Assembly: GCA_964447495.1 (NCBI GenBank) | Contig: CAYUTF010000018.1 | Location: 28,926 to 47,178 of the forward strand | Length of the DNA: 18,253 nt | Reading direction: 5' to 3' | DNA from: an uncultured archaeon | GTDB taxonomy: Archaea > Asgardarchaeota > Lokiarchaeia > Sigyniarchaeales > SOKP01 | Shown: piece after piece, positions 8,753-16,787 of the stretch | How the letters are laid out: each line of letters opens with the position of its first letter | How positions within the stretch are numbered: position 1 is the first letter of the stretch | Made by a program: the position numbers and the translations under genes | Notes under the pieces: generated by a model | Told to the model about the DNA's origin: nothing | Databases searched by the model: none | What the model saw: the letters and a program-made list of their open reading frames with translations, nothing else

Positions 8753-8920
8753 ATGCCATCATTTACTGCACAATCTCTTATATTTGCTATATCTTATGAA
8801 TCCATGTCAAGTACATCTGGCATTCCTGGTTATGATCCATTTTTCTTGGTTATGGGGTTAGTATTATCTGTGATTTTGCTTGCTAAATTCAAGAGTAAAA
8901 AGAAATTCAAACTAAAATAA
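8753..8920 (+). other. 55-aa ORF that is almost only a Loki-CTERM-like sorting tail (gene remnant or microprotein)
   Basis: Hand translation: MPSFTAQSLIFAISYESMSSTSGIPGYDPFFLVMGLVLSVILLAKFKSKKKFKLK*. In-frame stops at 8732-8734 and 8738-8740 lie upstream; a T-run follows. Confidence 0.7.
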
Positions 8921-8935
8921 TTCTTTTTTTTTTTT
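8921..8935 (+). terminator. Oligo-T terminator candidate
   Basis: TTC followed by a run of 12 T directly after the TAA at 8918-8920, between convergent ORFs. Confidence 0.5.
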
Positions 8936-8938
8936 AAT

Positions 8939-9640
8939 TTATTTATTATAAAATTGAGATTTTTGGATTAGGTTCTTAACTTCGGTTTCTGGGACATCGT
9001 ACCAGTGCTTATATGCATCAGCAACTGCAAACCAAGCCGTATTTCTTATATTAGGGCATTCAATGAAATCTACTTTATCCTTAAATAATCTAATGGTATT
9101 TAAGGGTGCGGTTGGAACTGTAATTATCAAGTTTTTTGGATTATAGTTTTTTATCATTTTGATTGCAGCTAACATCGTATAACCTGAAGCTAAGCCGTCA
9201 TCTAGTAAAAAAATAGTCTTATTCAGAATTCTATTAGCATAGAAAATATTTTGAGAGGAATCTTTACCATAGAATATTAATCTCTCTTGAATTTCTTGTC
9301 TGGTAATTCTAATTGATTGATCTATTTGCTCCTTTTTTAAGTGGAGCTGAGAAAGCAACCCCTCGTTTAGTAAAATAGTACCATCTGTGGTAATTGATCC
9401 AAATCCTGCTTCTGGATTATATGGTATCTTAATTTTTCTCACAATTAAAAGATCATATTTAATTTTAAGAGTACTACAAAATCCTTCAGCAACTGCTACG
9501 CCTCCATTAGGAATAGCAAAAGCAAAATAATTATCATTATTTTTAGTAAGATTTTGGTTTAGATTTGGAATTTTTTTAATTAATGCATTAGCTAATATCT
9601 CTCCCGCTGAAAAACGAGATTCATAAGGAATAATGCTCAT
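8939..9640 (-). CDS. Type I phosphoribosyltransferase family protein (substrate unknown)
   Basis: PRPP-binding loop IFLLDDGLASGYTM; family motifs RxxAGxxLA, AIPNGG, VRKIKIPYNPEAGFGSI, VPTAP. Confidence 0.9.
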   Translation of the reverse strand: MSIIPYESRFSAGEILANALIKKIPNLNQNLTKNNDNYFAFAIPNGGVAVAEGFCSTLKIKYDLLIVRKIKIPYNPEAGFGSITTDGTILLNEGLLSQLHLKKEQIDQSIRITRQEIQERLIFYGKDSSQNIFYANRILNKTIFLLDDGLASGYTMLAAIKMIKNYNPKNLIITVPTAPLNTIRLFKDKVDFIECPNIRNTAWFAVADAYKHWYDVPETEVKNLIQKSQFYNK

Positions 9641-9721
9641 ATTTAATATAATTTGTGTGAATATAATAAGTAGTTTACTATACCATTTTCATATTTTTAT
9701 TGATCTCTTCAAACCCCAAGA

Positions 9722-9737
9722 ATTAGGTGTGCCTAAT
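9722..9737. promoter_or_regulatory. Palindrome ATTAGG-N4-CCTAAT resembling a DtxR/MntR-family operator
   Basis: Perfect 6-bp arms (ATTAGG tgtg CCTAAT) in the divergent intergenic region, next to TATA-like tracts at about 9745-9762. Confidence 0.55.
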
Positions 9738-9926
9738 AAAAAACTTTTTATATGTATTTAAAAATTAACATATCGAAAAATATTCTAATAAATCTCTTTT
9801 TATTATAGTTATAAATTGATAATTATAGTTAAAGATAATTTTAAATAATCTTGATAATTAAAATTTTTATAAAGAAATGTTAGATAATAGATACAGTTTC
9901 TCAATTAATTCAATAGGCGTTAAAAA

Positions 9927-10481
9927 ATGGAAGATGGTGACTCAAAAGGTAAAATTGTCAAAGAGGCTTTTCCTTCAGAGATTGTTTGTATTATCGGTGA
10001 TATCTTAGCTGGAATCGTTCTTTCTGTCATAATCCTCCCTTTTAAAAGCTTCCTCCTTTTAATTTTAATTATCCCAGCATTACTATCTCTTAGAGGAAAT
10101 CTAAGTAGCCCTTATATCGCTAGAACTTCAAGAGATTTTATAATTGGTGAATTCAATTTTAGTTCGCTTATACAAAACGTATTTGCAACTTATTCGCTTG
10201 CTATGATTACGGGGTTAATTATTGGATTCTTTAGCTTTATCTTAAACTTAATTTTGCTTAAAAGTAATTTAATACCATGGATTTCACTTATATTTATACC
10301 TATCATCTCAATATCCTTAACATTATCTATATCAATTCCATTTTCGACATTATTAAATTATATTGCTTTTAAAAATGGATTAGACCCAAATAATATAGTA
10401 AATCCCATCATGACCGCTATTGATGACTTTCTTACGGTTATTTGTTTTTTTTTAACGCTATTACTTCTGGGGGTGCCATAA
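9927..10481 (+). CDS. MgtE/SLC41-type divalent cation transporter, membrane domain only (half 1)
   Basis: IPALLSLRGN (PxxxxxxGN) and GLDPNNIVNPIMTAIDD motifs; about 5 TMs; no CBS or N-terminal domain. Confidence 0.85.
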   Translation: MEDGDSKGKIVKEAFPSEIVCIIGDILAGIVLSVIILPFKSFLLLILIIPALLSLRGNLSSPYIARTSRDFIIGEFNFSSLIQNVFATYSLAMITGLIIGFFSFILNLILLKSNLIPWISLIFIPIISISLTLSISIPFSTLLNYIAFKNGLDPNNIVNPIMTAIDDFLTVICFFLTLLLLGVP

Positions 10482-11033
10482 ATGGAGTATTTTAAAAAGA
10501 TCTTTAAAGAATCGTTAATAGTGGTAATATTATCTTCAATTATAGGCTTAATAAATGGATCGTTTCTATCTGAAAATGATGATATACTCTACAGTTTTCC
10601 AATTATTTTATTATTACTTCCTTCATTGAATTCTTTAATTGGCAACATATCAACCATCTTAACCTCAAGACTAACATCGCATTTATACATTGGAATTATC
10701 CCTCCCAAAATTCAGAAAACGAATAGATTGATTCAAGATTTCTATGGTTTACTTATTACTTTATTGCTGAGTATGTTCGCACTAATTATTATCGGTTACT
10801 CCATTGGAATTATTTCAGGCATTAAAATAGTAAATCCTTTTTTAATCATTTCATTAATTATAATGACAATTTTATGTCTATTTGGGATAATGTTTTTATT
10901 TTTATTTATTAGTTCAATTTTCTTATTTAAATTAGGAAAAGATCCCAATAATTATTTAATTCCCATTACAACATCGTTACTTGACTTTTTAACCCCATTA
11001 TTTTTAATTGTTTTTATCCAAATATTTATTTAA
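10482..11033 (+). CDS. MgtE/SLC41-type divalent cation transporter, membrane domain only (half 2)
   Basis: LPSLNSLIGN, SRLTSHLYIG and GKDPNNYLIPITTSLLD motifs; about 5 TMs. Confidence 0.85.
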   Translation: MEYFKKIFKESLIVVILSSIIGLINGSFLSENDDILYSFPIILLLLPSLNSLIGNISTILTSRLTSHLYIGIIPPKIQKTNRLIQDFYGLLITLLLSMFALIIIGYSIGIISGIKIVNPFLIISLIIMTILCLFGIMFLFLFISSIFLFKLGKDPNNYLIPITTSLLDFLTPLFLIVFIQIFI

Positions 11034-11069
11034 AATGAAAATAAAAGAAGAGTTGTAGAGTAAGGTAAA

Positions 11070-12314
11070 ATGCCCGGAAAGAAAAAGAAATTTCAGTATA
11101 AGCCATTATCATTAAAAGATATTCTGAAGGAAATGAAACAAAATATCGATTTTATGATAGATTTGTCTTATAGTGCAATTAAGTTTGGAAGTAAAGATAT
11201 TGCCGATGAAGCCGCAAAAATAGAAAAGAGAATTCATGAATTGACCTTTTTACTTAATTTACAAATTATTCAAACCCAAACTGGAGGAGTTAAAGAAGCT
11301 AAAAAATTGGAACCTATTGTCGTTATGGGATATTCTATCGATAAGATTTCTGATGCATTAGCAGATATCGCAAAAGTGGTATACATTAATAGTGATATAA
11401 GTGACTTCACCCAGTTATTCTGGGATGCTGTCCCCGAGCCTATTGTAAAGGTCACAGTGAAAAAAAACTGTGAATTTATTGGTATCAATCGCAAAGAAGT
11501 CCATTTTCGATCAAAATATGGCGTAGATTTGATTGCCATCAAAAGAGATGATAAGTGGTTATTTGAAAAAGACCAAATTATTCGCCAAAATGATATCTTG
11601 ATTATTAAAGGAGAGCTTAAACCAATCAAACAACTAAAAACATTAGTGTGCGATGAGGACCTTTTTTCATTTCAAATAGAAGAACAATCAGAGATTTCTG
11701 AATTTGACTTATCTAACCCTGAGATTTTAGAATATCTTCAAGAATTAAAGAAAGATTATGTTTTAATTACAGATATTTCTGAAACTATGATTGAATTATC
11801 TTTAGCGGCATTATTTTTTAATAGTTATGAGGTTGCTGAAGACGTACTTGAAATGGAAGAATTAATGGATGGGTTAAATATTTCTTTTGAAAAAAATCTT
11901 TTGGATTTTGCTCATTTAGTAGAAAATCCTCGTGATCTTACTGGGATTATGCGTATTGTCTTTTCATGTGAACAGATAGCAGATGCTGCAGCAAATATAG
12001 CTGAAAATATTTTGGAAGGGTTTAAACCGCATATGATACTACAAAAGGCCATAAAAGAAACTCAAGAAATAGTGGTTCGTGAAATAGTATCACCCGAATC
12101 CTACTTTAAGGGGAAAACATATGAGCAGTTGCAAGATAGACGTTATAAAAGAGGTTTTCACATCATTGCTATGAAGCGACAAGAAAAGTGGATTTATAGC
12201 TTTAAACCTGATTTTCTATTTCAAGAAGGAGATTTAATAATTGGGTTAGGTCCAAAGGAGACAGTAGAACAATGGAGGCGATGTGTGCACCCTGAGATAT
12301 TTCAGGAGGAATAA
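11070..12314 (+). CDS. Tandem PhoU-like + TrkA-C (RCK_C) protein (PhoU-RCK_C-PhoU-RCK_C)
   Basis: Two homologous halves: MIDLSYSA...IDKISDALADIA...GVDLIAIKRDDKWLF...NDILIIKG and MIELSLAA...CEQIADAAANIA...GFHIIAMKRQEKWIY...GDLIIGLG. Confidence 0.85.
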   Translation: MPGKKKKFQYKPLSLKDILKEMKQNIDFMIDLSYSAIKFGSKDIADEAAKIEKRIHELTFLLNLQIIQTQTGGVKEAKKLEPIVVMGYSIDKISDALADIAKVVYINSDISDFTQLFWDAVPEPIVKVTVKKNCEFIGINRKEVHFRSKYGVDLIAIKRDDKWLFEKDQIIRQNDILIIKGELKPIKQLKTLVCDEDLFSFQIEEQSEISEFDLSNPEILEYLQELKKDYVLITDISETMIELSLAALFFNSYEVAEDVLEMEELMDGLNISFEKNLLDFAHLVENPRDLTGIMRIVFSCEQIADAAANIAENILEGFKPHMILQKAIKETQEIVVREIVSPESYFKGKTYEQLQDRRYKRGFHIIAMKRQEKWIYSFKPDFLFQEGDLIIGLGPKETVEQWRRCVHPEIFQEE

Positions 12315-12335
12315 GTTTACTTAAGAGGAATTATA

Positions 12336-12923
12336 ATGAATTTTGATGAAATAAAAGAGCGATTTATAAGTACTATTAATGAAATGGTTGAATTTCTTAA
12401 TAAAAATAGTGAAATCATAGATTATGAAAAATTATATCAGCTACTCGCATTATTAATTAAAATATATACTAATAATCGAATGGTTTTTCTCTACGGTGCA
12501 GGAAGATCTGGTTTTATAGCTAGATGTTTTACGCAAAGATTAATGCATTTAGGATTTAAATCATGCTTTATTTCTGATGCGGTGACTCATCGATATAAAG
12601 CAGAGGATCTTTTAATAATCATATCTGGAAGCGGTGAGACTATATCTCCGTTAGCCATTGCTAATAAAGCTAGGAAAATAGGAGGAAAAATCGTGCTTTT
12701 AACGGCTAATCCATTAAGTAGTATTGCAAAAGCATCAGATTTAACCATTCAAATTGAAGGAAAAACTAAAGATAGAGCTACTGTTGAACATACTTTAGCA
12801 CCTTATACTTCTCTCTTTGATATTTCAACATTTGCGATATTAGATGCAATTGGAGGAATCCTTATGAAAAGCCTTGGAGTTTCAGAAGAAGAAATAGATA
12901 AACGTCATGCTTCATTAGAATAA
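12336..12923 (+). CDS. hxlB: SIS-domain protein, 6-phospho-3-hexuloisomerase-like
   Basis: YGAGRSG, RLMHLG, DLLIIISGSGET, APYTSLFD and C-terminal RHASLE match the PHI/HxlB pattern. Confidence 0.85.
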   Translation: MNFDEIKERFISTINEMVEFLNKNSEIIDYEKLYQLLALLIKIYTNNRMVFLYGAGRSGFIARCFTQRLMHLGFKSCFISDAVTHRYKAEDLLIIISGSGETISPLAIANKARKIGGKIVLLTANPLSSIAKASDLTIQIEGKTKDRATVEHTLAPYTSLFDISTFAILDAIGGILMKSLGVSEEEIDKRHASLE

Positions 12924-12951
12924 AATTAGGTTATGTTAACGCAATAGTTTA

Positions 12952-13356
12952 GTGATTACTGTGCATGAATACATTGAAGTAAAATATATCTCAGAAAAGA
13001 AAGGAAGAGGTGCCTTTGCTAAAAAGGATATTAAAAAAGGGAACGTTATTGATATAGCTAATGTAGTACCAATTCCCAATAAAGAATATAAGAAAATTTG
13101 CAACACGATTTTATATCATTACTGTTATGTATGGGAAGATCCAAAACATTTACCTGAATTCGAAAATGCTATAACATTAAGTATCAGTCAATTTATTAAT
13201 CATTCATATAAACCTAATGTAAAATATCTTTATGATTATGATAGTAAAGCTATTGAATTTATGGCAATAAAAAATATTGCTAAAGGAGAAGAATTAACAG
13301 TCAATTATAATGGTCTTGTTTTAGATAAAACTCCTGTGTGGTTTGAAGTAGAATGA
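12952..13356 (+). CDS. Stand-alone SET-domain protein (putative lysine methyltransferase)
   Basis: KGRGAFAKKDIKKG, FINHSYKPN and IAKGEELTVNY; no Cys-rich post-SET region; GTG start. Confidence 0.9.
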   Translation: MITVHEYIEVKYISEKKGRGAFAKKDIKKGNVIDIANVVPIPNKEYKKICNTILYHYCYVWEDPKHLPEFENAITLSISQFINHSYKPNVKYLYDYDSKAIEFMAIKNIAKGEELTVNYNGLVLDKTPVWFEVE

Positions 13357-13359
13357 TGT

Positions 13360-14214
13360 TTATTTCTCTCTTAACGACTTCAAAATGGCAATGTTCATAA
13401 TATCTTCTTTCATATCATTACCTTTAGGGGTTTCTAAAATGCCTGGATGATTAGTAAAACGATCATCATTAATAAAGAACCCAAAAGGTACTTTACCTAT
13501 TTTTCCCTGTCCTATATGAGTATGGCGATCAACTTTAGAACCAAGTCCTTTTTGAGAATCGTTTAAATGGAATGCGTATAGATATTTTAATCCTATAATT
13601 TCGTTAAAAGTGTCCAACATGCATTCATACTTTTTCTTTGTAGTGAAGTCATAACCAGCTGCAAATGAATGTGCAGTATCAAAACAGACTCCTATTCTGT
13701 TTTTATCCTTAACTTTATCAATTATGTATTTCATATGTTCGAATTTATATCCAACATCATTACCTTGGCCTGCTGTAGTTTCGAGGAGTATAATCACCTT
13801 GGAATCTTTTGTAGCTTCAATTAACTTATTTAATTGAATAGTAATTCGAGATAAAGCTGGCTCATCTGCTTCATCTTCATTTTTATTTCCAGGGTGCATG
13901 TTTGCATATTCAATCTTTAACTGATCTGCCTTTCTTAATTCATCTAACATTGCTAAATAAGATTTATCTAATTTTTCTTGCTCTATACTAGCAAGATTAA
14001 TTAAATAGCTATTATGAGTTATTATAGGCCAGATATTACTAATTTCTTTTCTTTTCTCTAAAAATTGAGTGATCTCCTCTTCATCCAGGAGTTTAGAGGT
14101 CCATCCACGAACATTTCTAATAAAAACTTGGATGGATTCACATTTTAATTCATTACCCATTTCTAATGCTTTAAATTTCCCTCCAGAAACACTCATATGA
14201 GCTCCTATTCGCAT
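13360..14214 (-). CDS. nfo: Endonuclease IV (AP endonuclease family 2)
   Basis: IGAHMS, HNSYLINLAS, HPG, LETTAGQG, CFDTAHSFAAGYD, HLNDS, DRHTHIGQG, ILETP. ATG 14214 preferred because AGGTGA (SD-like) lies 5 nt upstream; the track uses GTG 14223. Confidence 0.95.
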   Translation of the reverse strand: MRIGAHMSVSGGKFKALEMGNELKCESIQVFIRNVRGWTSKLLDEEEITQFLEKRKEISNIWPIITHNSYLINLASIEQEKLDKSYLAMLDELRKADQLKIEYANMHPGNKNEDEADEPALSRITIQLNKLIEATKDSKVIILLETTAGQGNDVGYKFEHMKYIIDKVKDKNRIGVCFDTAHSFAAGYDFTTKKKYECMLDTFNEIIGLKYLYAFHLNDSQKGLGSKVDRHTHIGQGKIGKVPFGFFINDDRFTNHPGILETPKGNDMKEDIMNIAILKSLREK

Positions 14215-14247
14215 TTTAGTCACCTTAAATATTGCAGTAAGAACCTA

Positions 14248-14255
14248 TTTATAAA
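14248..14255. promoter_or_regulatory. Palindromic TATA-like element (TTTATAAA) between divergent genes
   Basis: Lies centrally in the ~80-bp gap between nfo and 14294..14851, so it could serve either or both directions. Confidence 0.4.
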
Positions 14256-14293
14256 ACTATTAATTCTTTCCTAAACATTAATTTGTTATCACT

Positions 14294-14851
14294 ATGAAAA
14301 TTAATGCGAAAAAAATTACAATACTACGATTACTTGCATCCTTTATGTTATTTATAGTCTTATGTGGTTTATTTATTTTAGATTTTTTTCTTATTAACCA
14401 TTTGATCATTTATTTAATGTTGCTCAGTATTATTTTCTTAACAATATCTTTTAGTTTTAGCTTGAAACTAGAATGGGATTTTATTAAAAAAAATCTTAAG
14501 ACTATTAGTTTCTTACTAATAGTTATTTCATTGATAGCAGTCACTTTCACCCTAATATTAATAAATAATTATGTATTAAATCTAATCTTTATTCTCACTC
14601 TTGCCTCAAATCTACTTTTGATTTACTCTTGGCATTCATGTTTGTCTATCTTTAAAAAATTGAAATATTTTTCTATTCTTTCATTTTTAATTGCGAATAT
14701 AATATTGATTATATTTCTTTACTTTATAATTAATACTTTTGATATCCTAATTTCATTTTTGGTAATTTTATGTTCATATAATATCCTATACATATCAATC
14801 TTGTGTATTGAGCTGATTATGAGAAAAAAAGGGTATTTAAATTACATTTGA
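14294..14851 (+). CDS. Hypothetical integral membrane protein (about 6 TMs)
   Basis: 185-aa very hydrophobic ORF with ATG start; no recognisable motif. Confidence 0.7.
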   Translation: MKINAKKITILRLLASFMLFIVLCGLFILDFFLINHLIIYLMLLSIIFLTISFSFSLKLEWDFIKKNLKTISFLLIVISLIAVTFTLILINNYVLNLIFILTLASNLLLIYSWHSCLSIFKKLKYFSILSFLIANIILIIFLYFIINTFDILISFLVILCSYNILYISILCIELIMRKKGYLNYI

Positions 14852-14976
14852 TACAAAAGTGGACCTTTCTTTGGCTTCAAGAGGATTATAAAAAATGTGT
14901 TGAATTGGATGGAAAATTCACTCTTGCTACTATTAAAGAACTAGCAAATGAATATTAGAATTTAAAAAATTATAAT

Positions 14977-16707
14977 TTAATAGGTATGATGTCCTAATCT
15001 CTTCCAAAATTCTCTTAAATCTTCTCTTTTAACAGAGTATGTTAATTCTATTGGGCTAGAAGGTTCTTTTCTGAAAAATTCAGGAACATTATTCATTTCA
15101 GAAGTTATACCTGCTTCTTTATTAAATTCAAGCTCAGTTTTGAGAATATCCTCTCCGATATGTATAACATCATTTCTTGTTAGATTTAAATTATACATGG
15201 CGTTAAGGGCATTTGTAATAATCTCCATAGTCTCATAGCTTGGTCCGATGAAATAGCATGTTCCACAAGAGTCTAGTACTGCGGTATATATCTGTAATTC
15301 GAATGATAAATCGAGTTTCCCTTTATTGTCTGTTAGTTCTCCATAGATTTTATGTTGGCTTGCTCTTCGGCCAGCAATAGCCGCCCCACTGGTATGGTCT
15401 GCTCCTTGGGGGGATGTAGCAAATGTCACGCCCATTGCCTTAAAAACTCGTGGATCATATCCCGAGATTCCCTGCCCCTTAACATGAGGAATACGCTGGG
15501 CATTTAATTTTTCTCCAATATTTTTAACTCCATTTCCATAGACTACTCCATGATTTGTGTTATTCCTAATCTCACTATCTAAAATTTCAATAACTTTATC
15601 TGCATTACCCCAAGAAATTTTACCTAAATCCATAGCAATTCCTATCGTGCCTCCAAATTCTATGGTATCAATTCCCACATCATCACAATAATGATCGATT
15701 TGAGCGAGTTTATCAATATCATTAATCATTAGATTAGACCCGTTAAGTGCCATTGTCTCATATTCAAAACTTGAAGTAATATGATTACCTTCCTCATCAA
15801 CTACTAAATTCGAGCATTTAATGACGCAGGTAGGACAACAAGCTAATTTCTTTTTACCCCCACGAGAAATGATTATTTCATGTAATCTCTCTCCGGAAAT
15901 TTTATCAACATCTGAATATGACCCTTTGCTAAAATTTTGTGTGGGTAACCCTCCATATCCGCTCATACCTTTCATCATCATGGGAGTTCCAAAGAGTGAA
16001 AAATTTTGTTTTGTACGAGCTAAAGTTTGAGCAAAAGGTTTTGATACTTCTCGAAATTTTTTAAGATCATACATTTTCACTTTTGAAGTCTTCGTTGGAC
16101 AAATTACGACCGCTTTTATTCGTTTTGAGCCCATGACAGCGCCTAAACCGCCTCTTGCTGCATGTCTGCTAGGGTAACCCTCAAGATCGTTAGAGGCAAT
16201 ACTTGCTGCTCTCATCGTATATTCTCCAGCAGGACCAATAGAGTATATCCCTATTTTCTCTCCGTACCTGCTTAATAACTTTTTATGAAGCTCATAATTC
16301 CCTAACCCAGAATACTCATCATATGGGATTAAATGTATCCCTTCTTCATTGATTAATACAATTTTAAGAGAAAGAGATTGATTTTCAAAAATCAAGGCTC
16401 TAATTCCATATCGAGCTAACATCATAGCAGAACGACCACCTACATTCGCTTCTTTTATTCCATTTGTTAATGGGCTTTTAGCCCCTATAGAAGTTCTTGC
16501 AGAATTCGGGAAAGGGCTTCCAGCTAAAAGACCATTTGCGATTATAAGCTTATTTTCTGGACCAAGGGGATCACATCTTGGTGGGACTTCATCATGAACA
16601 ATTTGAGAAGTCAAGCCTCTAGACCCTAATAGATAATATTTAGAATTTTCTTTGATCTTTTCAATGATAATCTCATTTGTATTCAAATCAATTCTTACAA
16701 TATTCAT
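14977..16707 (-). CDS. aor: Aldehyde:ferredoxin oxidoreductase family (W/Mo-pterin, 4Fe-4S)
   Basis: KSPLTNGIKEANVGG, IGPAGE, RGGLGAVMGSK, CCPTCVIKC, EYET, DDVGIDTI, GYDPR, DSCGTC. Confidence 0.93.
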   Translation of the reverse strand: MNIVRIDLNTNEIIIEKIKENSKYYLLGSRGLTSQIVHDEVPPRCDPLGPENKLIIANGLLAGSPFPNSARTSIGAKSPLTNGIKEANVGGRSAMMLARYGIRALIFENQSLSLKIVLINEEGIHLIPYDEYSGLGNYELHKKLLSRYGEKIGIYSIGPAGEYTMRAASIASNDLEGYPSRHAARGGLGAVMGSKRIKAVVICPTKTSKVKMYDLKKFREVSKPFAQTLARTKQNFSLFGTPMMMKGMSGYGGLPTQNFSKGSYSDVDKISGERLHEIIISRGGKKKLACCPTCVIKCSNLVVDEEGNHITSSFEYETMALNGSNLMINDIDKLAQIDHYCDDVGIDTIEFGGTIGIAMDLGKISWGNADKVIEILDSEIRNNTNHGVVYGNGVKNIGEKLNAQRIPHVKGQGISGYDPRVFKAMGVTFATSPQGADHTSGAAIAGRRASQHKIYGELTDNKGKLDLSFELQIYTAVLDSCGTCYFIGPSYETMEIITNALNAMYNLNLTRNDVIHIGEDILKTELEFNKEAGITSEMNNVPEFFRKEPSSPIELTYSVKREDLREFWKRLGHHTY

Positions 16708-16787
16708 ACTTAAGATATGGATAGAATTTATTTTATTCTTACCTTAAAATATTATTAATCAAATAAAATAAAGAAAAAGAAAATTTC

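Noticed and set aside
8664-8861. 65-aa ORF
   Set aside because: Low-complexity translation; the overlapping frame 8753-8920 carries the recognisable IPGY-TM-basic signal.
11270-11629. 119-aa minus-strand ORF
   Set aside because: Antisense to the PhoU-RCK_C gene.
12927-12940. TTAGG-ttat-GTTAA as a second DtxR-like box before the SET gene
   Set aside because: The right arm has two mismatches; not distinguishable from chance in AT-rich DNA.
15821-16030. 69-aa plus-strand ORF
   Set aside because: Antisense to aor.
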